A stretch of 64,000 nt of DNA from Spirochaetaceae bacterium (GTDB lineage: Bacteria; Spirochaetota; Spirochaetia; DSM-2461), in assembly GCA_051531975.1 (NCBI GenBank), contig JAOPTT010000010.1, forward strand, positions 1 to 64,000, given 5' to 3'. Positions 9,221 to 18,864 of this stretch are shown here, in pieces. A program made the position numbers and the translations under genes. Each line of letters begins with the position of its first letter. The stretch's first letter is position 1. The notes beneath the pieces are model-generated. The model saw only the letters and a program-made list of their open reading frames with translations. It had not been told where the DNA came from and searched no databases.

Positions 9221-11317
9221 CTACTTGTTAAGGTATATAAAGACTCCATTCCAATCTTCAGGTGGTGGATTTATTTTATACCCTTCAATCCTTTTTATAA
9301 TTTCTTGGCAAGGGATATCTTCAGGGGTCGATATCAAACATGTATTAAATATTGCCAAACTTTCATCCCACTCTGCATTAAAATAACATTCTAATCCTTT
9401 ATGATATAATTCTTGGTATCTCTTATCTTCTTTAGTCTGGTATCTTTTATACCCTAATAGTTCATATAACATTATAGGATGAGATTTTCCTTTAACTGTA
9501 ACTTTATCTAAAGGTCTAAAAACAAAACTATTTCCAGCTTCTGAAACTGTCTGTTCACTAACCAAAATATCAGTACCATAATACTTATTTAAACTCTCTA
9601 ATCTACTTCCAAGATTAATATTATCTCCCATTACCGTATAATTCATTCTTTCGGCAGAGCCAATATTACCAACTAAGACTTCCCCAGTATTAATACCTAT
9701 TCTTGTTGGAAAAAATATTCTGTGTGGGTTATTTCTTTTAAAATCAGTTAAGTATTGTTGTATTTTAATAGATGCTTCACATGCTAATACTGCATGATTT
9801 TCAACATCGTCGGGTGCATTCCAAAATGCCATTATTGAATCACCAATATATTTATCTACAGTACCACTTTGTTCCTGAATAAGTTCACTTAGGTTACCTA
9901 AATAATCTGCAAGTTCTTCTACAAGGTGCTCAGGCTCCATATCTTCAGATATATCTGTAAACCCAGCAATATCTGAGAAGAAGACTGTTAATTTTCTTTT
10001 CTCACCTCCTAAAACTGCTTCTCGCCCCATACTGACTAATTTAGCAACTACTTTGGATGGAACATACTTACTAAAGGATCTCATACCATTTTTCAAATTT
10101 GAGAAGGATGAGCTAATCTCTTGTAACTCTTTTAACCCTGTATCTAACTCAAGATGACCTTCTAAATCAAACTTTCTTATCCTTCTCATGTTTTGAGAAA
10201 TTAGTGCTAGGGGTTTAGATATTAATCCAGATAGTTTAAAGCCAATTAAAGTTGATAATATAATAAAAAATAGAGCTGTATATAAAATAATTCTATTGGT
10301 ACTATAAACTATACCTAATATGTCCTCTTCTGGCATTATAATACCAATCTGCCAGTTAACAGAACTATCAGCTGGGAAGTCAATATATGTTGTTACATAC
10401 TTTTCAGAATCCACTTTAAAACTTGATATATGATCATCTAGTTTTGTCTCATTATAATGGTTATAAGAAGCTCTTATTACTGGATTATAGAAGTTTTCAA
10501 TGTTAGGAAGTTCACTAAGTTTTTTACTAATATCAGCATCTTTTGAAGAAAATGCAACTATCTGTTTGTTCTGATCTAAAATAACAATCTGTCCACTTTT
10601 ACTAATATCGAGACTATTCAGGTAATATGATATATCAATTATTCCAATATCTATACCAAAGATACCTCTAACATAGTTATCATTATCAAAAATAGGCTGA
10701 GCATTGGTTATTCCAGGTTTTTTATCTGATGAAAAAATATAAACATCGCTCCATGTATTTTTACCTGAAGCCCTAGCTGCTTTATACCAAGTACGTCTTC
10801 TTGGGTCATAACCATCACTTAAAGTATCTCTGCTATTTGGATATCCTTTTTCGTACCATTTAGAATCTTGATGTTCCCAGTTTGAAATTATGACTTCATT
10901 TTCTTGATTAACTATACGTAGACTAACACTGTCATCTGGCATCTTTTTTGCAAATAAAAATCTTCCAGTTTCATCTCCATAAAAAAGTCCAACAAACTCA
11001 GGATATAACTCTAAATAGTGTTTATAGTTTTCAAATATTGATTCCTGGTTTTCTGGATTATCGATATCAATAATTCCACTCTCTATCTGATAAGCCAAAC
11101 TAGTATTTGCATAATAAGCGCCACCTAAATAATCAATTACTTTATTTAAAACCTGTGTTGAGTTATCTTTCATAATTTGTGAGGCCATATTAAAACCTAA
11201 ATTACGACTACCTAAATATGAGATACTGGCAATTGAAATTCCTGAAACAACTATAATTGTTGCAAATGACAATATTAATAATCTTTTAAGAGATATAGAC
11301 TTCTTTTTCTTTTCCAT
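9221..11317 (-). CDS. Membrane-bound class III adenylate/guanylate cyclase with periplasmic dCache and HAMP domains
   Basis: 2 TM, YDPRRRTWY Cache motif, FSDIAGFT, DKYIGDSIMAFWNAP, YTVMGDNINLGSRLE. Confidence 0.9.
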   Translation of the reverse strand: MEKKKKSISLKRLLILSFATIIVVSGISIASISYLGSRNLGFNMASQIMKDNSTQVLNKVIDYLGGAYYANTSLAYQIESGIIDIDNPENQESIFENYKHYLELYPEFVGLFYGDETGRFLFAKKMPDDSVSLRIVNQENEVIISNWEHQDSKWYEKGYPNSRDTLSDGYDPRRRTWYKAARASGKNTWSDVYIFSSDKKPGITNAQPIFDNDNYVRGIFGIDIGIIDISYYLNSLDISKSGQIVILDQNKQIVAFSSKDADISKKLSELPNIENFYNPVIRASYNHYNETKLDDHISSFKVDSEKYVTTYIDFPADSSVNWQIGIIMPEEDILGIVYSTNRIILYTALFFIILSTLIGFKLSGLISKPLALISQNMRRIRKFDLEGHLELDTGLKELQEISSSFSNLKNGMRSFSKYVPSKVVAKLVSMGREAVLGGEKRKLTVFFSDIAGFTDISEDMEPEHLVEELADYLGNLSELIQEQSGTVDKYIGDSIMAFWNAPDDVENHAVLACEASIKIQQYLTDFKRNNPHRIFFPTRIGINTGEVLVGNIGSAERMNYTVMGDNINLGSRLESLNKYYGTDILVSEQTVSEAGNSFVFRPLDKVTVKGKSHPIMLYELLGYKRYQTKEDKRYQELYHKGLECYFNAEWDESLAIFNTCLISTPEDIPCQEIIKRIEGYKINPPPEDWNGVFIYLNK

Positions 11318-11323
11318 ATGAAA

Positions 11324-11391
11324 ATTGTAGTTTTTTAATACATAATTTGCAATTTAATTGCTACTTTTATTTATATTAAATTGCAAATTAT
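11324..11391 (-). promoter_or_regulatory. sigma70-type promoter of the cyclase with its -35 inside a 17-bp perfect inverted repeat
   Basis: Minus strand TTGCAA-17 nt-TACAAT-6 nt-ATG; arms ATAATTTGCAATTTAAT (11342-11358) and ATTAAATTGCAAATTAT (11375-11391). Confidence 0.6.
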
Positions 11392-11412
11392 ATATTTATT
11401 AATTCAAAATTA

Positions 11413-12576
11413 TTATATGAAGTTAAGTTTTAGACCTGCAAAAAAAGTATAATGAAGATCTAATGAATCTGATAATTTAATACTGTCATTTCCTATAAAA
11501 AAATCTGAGTCTTGATTATATTTATCAATTTTAAGGTCTGCATCAACTCCTGCAAATAGAGTTAAAGCTCCTAATTCTAAACCTAGTGATGCTTTAACAT
11601 CAGGAGTCCATACGCTAAAAGACTCAGCAAAACAGTCATCTTCAGTATCAGAATAATATATAAATTTACCACCAGCGGTTAAATCAAAGTTTAAAAACAG
11701 TAAGTCGGATCTTACGCCAAATGCAGTTCCAAAGATTCTCCCTTCTAGTTCTTTAAAATTCTCTTCTTTAGTACCTGTATAATGAAGTGTATAAAAATGT
11801 TTACTACCAGTTTCTAATCCTTGATAAATATACTCTCTTGTATCCATCCAAGCTGAAACTTCAAAGATACCATCAGCGTAAAAATTTAATAACCCTATAG
11901 GAGTTGCCCTACTTGAATTATCTGTAACAACATTTATTATTCCAATCTGAAGATTTTTTCCACCTGTAGCCGTATTAATAACTGAGATTTGAGAACCATT
12001 AACATTCTTAGCACTATTAATAACTCCGGCAACCTGTACACCTATAACATCATCTGCTGTATTCCAGACACCTGCACTTTGTAGACCAATTAGATCATCG
12101 GATTGATTAAAAACACCAGCTGCTTGGAAACCATCGATGTCTTCTGATATATTAAAAACACCGGCTGCTTGGAATCCATCTACTTTTTGGGTAATATTAA
12201 AAACCCCTCCTGCTTGAAAACCATCAATATCATCAGAGATATTAAATACACCCCCTGCTTGAAATCCATCTACATTTTCTGCAGTATTAAATACTCCTGC
12301 TGCTTGAAACCCATCTACATTACCTCCAGCAACATTAAAAACTCCTGAAGCTTGTAATCCATCAACTTTATTTGCAGAAACTGAGTATACTGGACCAAAT
12401 TGTAACCCATCTAATTGGTTAACTTCACTTGATATGAATCCAGTTGAAATATATGTTATTTCCTGATTTGGATATAAATTAACTCCAGGGATAATTGTAA
12501 AATTAAATCCTGAGTTTAATGCATTAACATTTATTGATATAAATATAAATAATCCTGTAATTAAAATTTTCTTCAT
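11413..12576 (-). CDS. Exported protein with ~15-aa DGFQAAGVFN repeats (beta-solenoid, LA_2272-like) and possible C-terminal outer-membrane beta domain
   Basis: Signal peptide; about 10 G(F/L)QxxGVFN-type repeats; C-terminal amphipathic strands ending GLKLNFI. Confidence 0.7.
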   Translation of the reverse strand: MKKILITGLFIFISINVNALNSGFNFTIIPGVNLYPNQEITYISTGFISSEVNQLDGLQFGPVYSVSANKVDGLQASGVFNVAGGNVDGFQAAGVFNTAENVDGFQAGGVFNISDDIDGFQAGGVFNITQKVDGFQAAGVFNISEDIDGFQAAGVFNQSDDLIGLQSAGVWNTADDVIGVQVAGVINSAKNVNGSQISVINTATGGKNLQIGIINVVTDNSSRATPIGLLNFYADGIFEVSAWMDTREYIYQGLETGSKHFYTLHYTGTKEENFKELEGRIFGTAFGVRSDLLFLNFDLTAGGKFIYYSDTEDDCFAESFSVWTPDVKASLGLELGALTLFAGVDADLKIDKYNQDSDFFIGNDSIKLSDSLDLHYTFFAGLKLNFI

Positions 12577-12675
12577 TATATACTCCTATAATCTATATAA
12601 AACACAAAGCGGATGATATGTTACTTTTTTTATAGCCTAATTTATATTTTTAGAAAAATACAATAATATAGTGAT

Positions 12676-14046
12676 ATGAATTTTAGTAATTTTGAATATA
12701 AGATAAATAATAATATAGTTTCAATCCCAAGTTGGGATATAGAGAATAGTCAAAATTGGGCCGTAATTGGAAATAATGGTTCAGGAAAGAGTCTATTGGG
12801 CGAAGTATTACAAAACTATGATAATACAAAAACTGTCGGGTATATATCATTTGAAGTAATAGAGACACTCTTAGAAGAAGAGAGATTAAAAGATGATACT
12901 GATTTCTTAGATAAAGAGGATCCAGGAACCCTAGTAAAAGAGTATTTAAATAACTTAAATAGTTTTTTTAACCTTGAAGATCTGAAAAATAGAGGTTTAA
13001 AGTATTTAAGCACTGGTGAATTAGTAAAAGTTCTTATTTTAAAAGAACTCGAAAAAAAACCTGATATATTAATATTAGACGAACCTTTTGATGGTTTAGA
13101 TATAGAATCTCAAAAGACATTAACAGAACTTATAGGTAAATTAATAGATTCCCCTGTTACCCTAATTTTAATATTAAATAGAGAAGAAGATATACATAAA
13201 AATATAAGTCATATAGCTTTTATCCATGAAAACCGAATTATATTAACTGGATCTAAGGATGAAATCCTATCAAGTGAATCGTTTAAAAATATTAGACATT
13301 TTTCTGGTAACATTCCCGAGACTCTGCCTGGAATAGAAAATATAACTAAAATTAATGAACAGCTTATAACCTTAAATAGTGTTTCAATTAGCTTTGCAGA
13401 TACAAAAGTACTTAAAGATATTACTTGGAGTGTAAAAAGTGGAGAACATTATAAAATAATTGGACCAAATGGATCTGGGAAATCTACTCTTCTAAAAATA
13501 ATTAGTGCAGATAACCACCAATCTTATGGTCAAGATATAACACTATTTGGAATGAAACGGGGAACTGGAGAGTCAATTTGGGATATAAAACAGCATATCG
13601 GTCTAGTATCTTCGGGACTACAAAAAGATTATAGAGTTTCAGTATCCCTGTTAAGTGTTGTTATCTCTGGTTTCTACGACTCTATAGGCCTATATAATGA
13701 CCCTACTCCTAAGGAAATATCTGAGGCTACCCAGTGGTTAAGTTTAATTGGAATGAGTTCAAAAAAACACAGATCGTTTAAAACTTTATCATATGGGGAG
13801 CAGAGATTAGTTTTAATTGTTAGAGCGATGGTAAAACACCCAAAGGTTTTAATATTAGATGAACCTTGTTTAGGTTTAGACCAAGTAAATAGAGAGTTAA
13901 TCCTAATGTTAATTGATAATATTGCTTTAAAGGCAGAAACTACCTTACTTTATGTAAGCCATAGAAAAGAGGATTATATTCCGTCTATTAATAGAGAATT
14001 ACACCTTATACCTACGGTTAATGGAAGCATTGGGGATATAAAATAA
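12676..14046 (+). CDS. modF: Dual-domain ABC ATPase, ModF-like
   Basis: Two Walker A motifs (GNNGSGKS, GPNGSGKS), LSTGE/LSYGEQ, LDEP, ModF-typical RGTGESIWDIKQHIG. Confidence 0.8.
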   Translation: MNFSNFEYKINNNIVSIPSWDIENSQNWAVIGNNGSGKSLLGEVLQNYDNTKTVGYISFEVIETLLEEERLKDDTDFLDKEDPGTLVKEYLNNLNSFFNLEDLKNRGLKYLSTGELVKVLILKELEKKPDILILDEPFDGLDIESQKTLTELIGKLIDSPVTLILILNREEDIHKNISHIAFIHENRIILTGSKDEILSSESFKNIRHFSGNIPETLPGIENITKINEQLITLNSVSISFADTKVLKDITWSVKSGEHYKIIGPNGSGKSTLLKIISADNHQSYGQDITLFGMKRGTGESIWDIKQHIGLVSSGLQKDYRVSVSLLSVVISGFYDSIGLYNDPTPKEISEATQWLSLIGMSSKKHRSFKTLSYGEQRLVLIVRAMVKHPKVLILDEPCLGLDQVNRELILMLIDNIALKAETTLLYVSHRKEDYIPSINRELHLIPTVNGSIGDIK

Positions 14047-14068
14047 TATAAAAAGAGCTAAAGTAGTA

Positions 14069-14099
14069 TTGACCTAGAGGTGACTCTAGTATGTATAGT
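14069..14099 (+). promoter_or_regulatory. MerR-type promoter/operator of the MATE gene
   Basis: -35 TTGACC, 19-bp spacer containing dyad CTAGAG-GTGA-CTCTAG, -10 TATAGT. Confidence 0.8.
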
Positions 14100-14107
14100 T
14101 CTACACT

Positions 14108-15475
14108 ATGATAAAAAAATTAAAACAAGCTGCAAATAGAGATTTTTTCATGAGAATTTTCTCTATAACAATACCTGTCACACTTCAAAACCTACTAGGT
14201 GCATCTAGAAATCTAGTAGATACAATAATGATAGGAACACTAGGCGTTGCTCAGATTGCTGCTGTTGGTGCTGCTGGGAAACCTTTTTTTGTATTTTTAA
14301 TTTTGCTATTTGGTTTAACAAATGGGTCTGGAATATTAGTGTCTCAATATTGGGGTAAAAAAGATGGTGAAGGTGTAGCACGTTTTGTAATACTATCTGC
14401 AACCTTAACATTGTCTGTTTCAATTATAATAGCAATTTTAATAAAAATATTTACAACACAAATAATTGGGCTAACAACCTCGGATCCAGAAATAATAAAA
14501 TATGGGTCAGAATATTTAAGAATAATTTCTACAAACTTAATCTTGCAATCAATTATATTGTCTATGAACGTAGGTCTAAGAAGTACTGGTCAAGTAAAAA
14601 AATGTACATTTGTAAGTTTGATTGGTGTATCAAGTAATATATTTCTAAACTATACACTTATATTTGGTCATTTTGGTTTTGATGCAATGGGATTAAAGGG
14701 TGCTGCTTATGGAACATTCTTTAGTTGTTTATTAGAAGCTATTTTAATTTTATCTATATCCCTATTTTTTAATAGATCATTCAGGTTATCAGTATCAAAA
14801 TTCAAAGAAAAGATATGTATAGAAGATGTTAGAAAGCTTCTAAAACTTGCATTACCCCTATCAATAAATAGTTTTGCATGGGCTGCTGGAACATATGTAT
14901 ACTTTATAATTTATGGAAGAATGGGAAGTGATGAACTTGCAATAATGACAATGATAGAACCTTTAACTTCGATAATGATCAGCTTTTTCACTGGTTTAGC
15001 TACAGGTTCAGGAATACTTTTAGGCCACTCTTTAGGAGAAGAGAAGTTTGATAAAGTATGGCAAGAAGCTAAATTGATTTTAATTATAGGAATAATATTA
15101 AGTATTGCAGTATTTATAATGATGCTTAATATTAAAAATATATATCTAGGATTTTTTACTTCAATGCCGGAACATACTCTAAATTTAGCAAAAATTGTAT
15201 GTAATTATGTAATACTAAGGGTTCTTTTTTTGGCTGTTAATATTGTAATAATTGTAGGTATTTTAAGAAGTGGTGGTGATACTAAATTTGTTCTTATTCT
15301 TGATATGTGTTGCCAATGGTTAGTTGGTATACCTTTAGCAGTTCTAGGTGCATTTGTTTTAAAATTATCTCTACCTTGGGTCGCAATTTTAGTCATATCT
15401 GAAGATCTTGTAAAAATTATTGTTGTTATTAAACGAATGAAAGGAAAAAAGTGGATAAGAAATTTAATTTCTTAA
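14108..15475 (+). CDS. MATE family efflux transporter
   Basis: PVTLQNLL...VDTIMIG, SQYWG, GLKGAAYGT, LRSGGDT; about 12 TM. Confidence 0.9.
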   Translation: MIKKLKQAANRDFFMRIFSITIPVTLQNLLGASRNLVDTIMIGTLGVAQIAAVGAAGKPFFVFLILLFGLTNGSGILVSQYWGKKDGEGVARFVILSATLTLSVSIIIAILIKIFTTQIIGLTTSDPEIIKYGSEYLRIISTNLILQSIILSMNVGLRSTGQVKKCTFVSLIGVSSNIFLNYTLIFGHFGFDAMGLKGAAYGTFFSCLLEAILILSISLFFNRSFRLSVSKFKEKICIEDVRKLLKLALPLSINSFAWAAGTYVYFIIYGRMGSDELAIMTMIEPLTSIMISFFTGLATGSGILLGHSLGEEKFDKVWQEAKLILIIGIILSIAVFIMMLNIKNIYLGFFTSMPEHTLNLAKIVCNYVILRVLFLAVNIVIIVGILRSGGDTKFVLILDMCCQWLVGIPLAVLGAFVLKLSLPWVAILVISEDLVKIIVVIKRMKGKKWIRNLIS

Positions 15476-15545
15476 TATAAGATGTAACATATTAGTACAA
15501 TTTCGTTGTTGTAGTGTTATAATAGAATAATATTGGAGAATATAG

Positions 15546-16379
15546 ATGAGAAAATTTTATATAATAATAGCTATGATATTTGCCTTAACTAATACATGGG
15601 CAAATACAAACAATGAACTTCAGAAGGATCATATTGATATTGATGGTATTAGAGTAATTGATATTTCCACAGATTCTGGAGATATTGAGATTATTCCAGA
15701 AGAAAGATCAGATATATATTTAGAACTAACGACCTATAGAAAAGGTCCAGATCTTATTATTAGAGAAGGTAAAACTACTGTAATTGATGTAAAACAACCT
15801 TTCTTTACTCTTTTTAATATTGGAAAGAGACAAGTAAAACTAAAAGTATTTATTCCATATACTTATAATAAAGAGCTTATTGTTAACTCAGCTTCTGGAG
15901 ATTTAGATATTTCAGATCTAAGCCTACTTAAATTAAAAACTCATTTAAGTTCTGGAGATTTAAATGGAACTCGTTTAGAAGTAAACAAAGCTGATATCTC
16001 ATCATCTTCTGGAGATATTACAATGGATCTGATTAAAATTGATAACTTAGATATACGTCTATCTTCTGGCTCTCTTATTTTAGATAATTTTATTGGGCAA
16101 ATAGATGGTCATTCAAGTTCTGGAGATGTAGATATAATGTTAGAAAGGTTAACTGGTAATATCGATTTTAGACTCTCTAGTGGTGACTTTTATCTTGATA
16201 CTAATGAGACAAATCCAAATGTCACCCTAGATTTAAGCACAAGTTCAGGCTCTATTGATGTGGACTTCCCTGTAACAATCTCTCAGAGTAAAAACAGAAA
16301 AACATTTGATGGACACTCAGGCAGTGGTAAATATCAAATCAATCTTAATTTATCATCTGGGAATATCATTATCAAATAA
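15546..16379 (+). CDS. Exported DUF4097-family beta-strand repeat protein
   Basis: Signal peptide; repeated SSGD/SSGS turns at about 19-20 aa spacing. Confidence 0.8.
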   Translation: MRKFYIIIAMIFALTNTWANTNNELQKDHIDIDGIRVIDISTDSGDIEIIPEERSDIYLELTTYRKGPDLIIREGKTTVIDVKQPFFTLFNIGKRQVKLKVFIPYTYNKELIVNSASGDLDISDLSLLKLKTHLSSGDLNGTRLEVNKADISSSSGDITMDLIKIDNLDIRLSSGSLILDNFIGQIDGHSSSGDVDIMLERLTGNIDFRLSSGDFYLDTNETNPNVTLDLSTSSGSIDVDFPVTISQSKNRKTFDGHSGSGKYQINLNLSSGNIIIK

Positions 16380-16486
16380 CAAGATACCTGAATAAAGGTA
16401 AAATGTCATATAGTTATTTAATCAACTACATATAAACTCTTTTTCATGCTTTAATTATTATTGGTATGATAATGAAGGAAGCACAG

Positions 16487-17281
16487 ATGAGTAATAGTGA
16501 TTTAATTTTTGATAATCTAATTAAAGACTTCAGTTCTTTAGAAGGTATTGAAGCGATAATGTTAGGTGGGTCTAGAGCAAATAATACCCATGATAAGCTA
16601 TCTGATTATGATATTTATATATATATAAATAGAGATATCCCTATTGAACAGAGGAAATCCATTACAGATAAATATCTAAAATATGTAGAGCTAAATAACC
16701 AGTACTGGGAAACTGAAGATGATGGAATTTTTAAGGATACAAATATACCTATTGATATTATATATCGAAGTTTAGATTGGGTGCAAGAATCTTTAAATGG
16801 ACTATTATTCAACTATAAAACCTCTACTGGTTATACAACATGTATATGGTTTAATTTTATCAGTTCAATAATACTTTTTGATAAAAATGGTAGAGCTAAA
16901 GAGATGCAAGATAATTTTAATATTCCATATCCAAAGCAGTTAAAGCAATCTATTATAAATAAAAACTTACCACTACTTAGAGAACTTCTACCAGCTTATT
17001 TATCACAGATTGAAAAAGCAATTAAAAGAGATGATATTTTAAGTATAAATCATCGATTAGCTGAATTTTTTGCATGTTATTTTGATATTCTTTTTGCGAT
17101 TAATGAACTTCCACATCCCGGAGAAAAAAGAATGAATAAATATATTTTAGAGAATGCAAAATATATACCAGAGAATATGGAAAAAGATATTACAGATATA
17201 ATTCAGAAAGCTGTAATAATGGATAAAAATGTTATTGAGATAATAAACTGTTTTATTTCAAAATTAGAAGATTTAATTTAG
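16487..17281 (+). CDS. Pol-beta-type nucleotidyltransferase with DUF4037-like C-terminal domain
   Basis: LGGSRA...SDYDIYIY (GS/DxD), HPGEKR; SD AAGGAAG favours ATG 16487 over 16466. Confidence 0.75.
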   Translation: MSNSDLIFDNLIKDFSSLEGIEAIMLGGSRANNTHDKLSDYDIYIYINRDIPIEQRKSITDKYLKYVELNNQYWETEDDGIFKDTNIPIDIIYRSLDWVQESLNGLLFNYKTSTGYTTCIWFNFISSIILFDKNGRAKEMQDNFNIPYPKQLKQSIINKNLPLLRELLPAYLSQIEKAIKRDDILSINHRLAEFFACYFDILFAINELPHPGEKRMNKYILENAKYIPENMEKDITDIIQKAVIMDKNVIEIINCFISKLEDLI

Positions 17282-17290
17282 TTTTAAATA

Positions 17291-18811
17291 TTAGAGATTA
17301 TCAATTTTTAAATCACCTTCTGATTTGTTTAAAGAGAATTTAACCATGGTCAGTTCTCTTTCTACAATATATGAAATGTGACAAATCTCAATATAAGTTC
17401 CTGGAAATACTGTTCCTAAGACTATAAGATTACTATTCTCATTTTTATCTAGTCTTGATAATAGAGAACGTGAATAATTATTTAAACTATTAAGACGACT
17501 TTTTATACTTAAAAAAAGAAACTTAAACTTATCTTTTTCTTCTCTATTTGTACAGCTAAGAATATCTTCTTGTATACTATTCATCTCCTCTACTAAATGA
17601 ATAGATGCTTCCTGTACTTTTGTTAGCTTTTGTTCTACCTGATAATCAATTCCTAAATAAAATCTTGTTTCTATTCCTGAATCATTACCAATACTTCCAC
17701 AAACAACACCATTTTGTGCATAATACACACCACCAACAATGGAATGTTTTTGATCAATAATAATTTTATCTAGAGTATTAATACGAGAGTTCATTATCCC
17801 ATTTTCCGCGGAAATAAAGCCAACACTATTAATATTTGCTGTTTCAATATGTAGTGCTGTTATTGACCCCTCACATTCGACAGAGTATTTCGCAGAACCT
17901 ATTATTCCATGTTTAACATTTATATTATTTCCACAAATTATATCACTTGGTTCTATAGATTCGGATACAATTATATCCCCTGTTGAGATAACTGAAAAAC
18001 TTTCAATAATGGATTTCTGAATTACAATATCACCTTTAAAATTTAAATCCCCAGTGGAATAATTTATATCTGTAATTATATTAAGTACAGGTTCAACAAT
18101 AATTTTGTTATCAGCAACTTTAAAAGAACCATCAATATTTGAATAAATCCTACCTGATTGCTTGATAACATTTTCCCCAGCTTTTAAATTATTAACAATT
18201 CTAATAGGTGGATTTATTTCATTTCCTACAAGGTTAATTCCAACAACTCCTGGTAATTCAGGTATGATATCTCCTAGAAACTCACCTTTTGCAACAATTA
18301 TAAATGAATTTATATGATGGAAATTTACTTTACCATCATCATCAATTTCTGGTTTTGTACTAATATTCATATTGTCTTTAAGAATAATATGCTCAGGAAC
18401 ATGAAAAGATACAGCTTTACCTTTAGCAATTATTATTTCAGGTAACATCTCCCCATCAAATAAGATTCTAGTATATAGATCTCTTATATATTCCCAATCA
18501 ATAGAACTATCGTTTGATATTTCCATCTTATCAATTTCTGTTTTAATATCAACCATTGTGATTTCATTTTCAGAATTAACAGGAGCTTTTAAATCCATAT
18601 AGAGGTTCATCTTCATTGCATCTAATCTAAACTTTAACGCTCCAGGAAAAGTTTCATTAACTAATATAGGAATATCATCACCATCAACAACAACATTATC
18701 TTGAACATTTTCAGTTTCTAACAATTTTTCTAGATCACTATCATCTAATAGAGATTGTATTTTATTTAGTCTATCCTCTTTTACATAGTCTTTGTTACTT
18801 TTCACTATCAT
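17291..18811 (-). CDS. FapA/DUF342 family protein
   Basis: IIAKGK, DGKVNF, DINYSTGDLNFKGDIVI, IVGG...A..GV..GSIG...GIET, VFPGTYIEI. Confidence 0.8.
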   Translation of the reverse strand: MIVKSNKDYVKEDRLNKIQSLLDDSDLEKLLETENVQDNVVVDGDDIPILVNETFPGALKFRLDAMKMNLYMDLKAPVNSENEITMVDIKTEIDKMEISNDSSIDWEYIRDLYTRILFDGEMLPEIIIAKGKAVSFHVPEHIILKDNMNISTKPEIDDDGKVNFHHINSFIIVAKGEFLGDIIPELPGVVGINLVGNEINPPIRIVNNLKAGENVIKQSGRIYSNIDGSFKVADNKIIVEPVLNIITDINYSTGDLNFKGDIVIQKSIIESFSVISTGDIIVSESIEPSDIICGNNINVKHGIIGSAKYSVECEGSITALHIETANINSVGFISAENGIMNSRINTLDKIIIDQKHSIVGGVYYAQNGVVCGSIGNDSGIETRFYLGIDYQVEQKLTKVQEASIHLVEEMNSIQEDILSCTNREEKDKFKFLFLSIKSRLNSLNNYSRSLLSRLDKNENSNLIVLGTVFPGTYIEICHISYIVERELTMVKFSLNKSEGDLKIDNL

Positions 18812-18864
18812 CCTTTTTGCTTGTTATTATTTTAATATAAAATAAAAATATTCTAGTCTAATTA

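Noticed and set aside
16487..17281. CBASS/cGAS-like cyclase or toxin-antitoxin module
   Set aside because: No effector, Cap or HEPN partner gene nearby; the sequence fits the small NTase-DUF4037 type.
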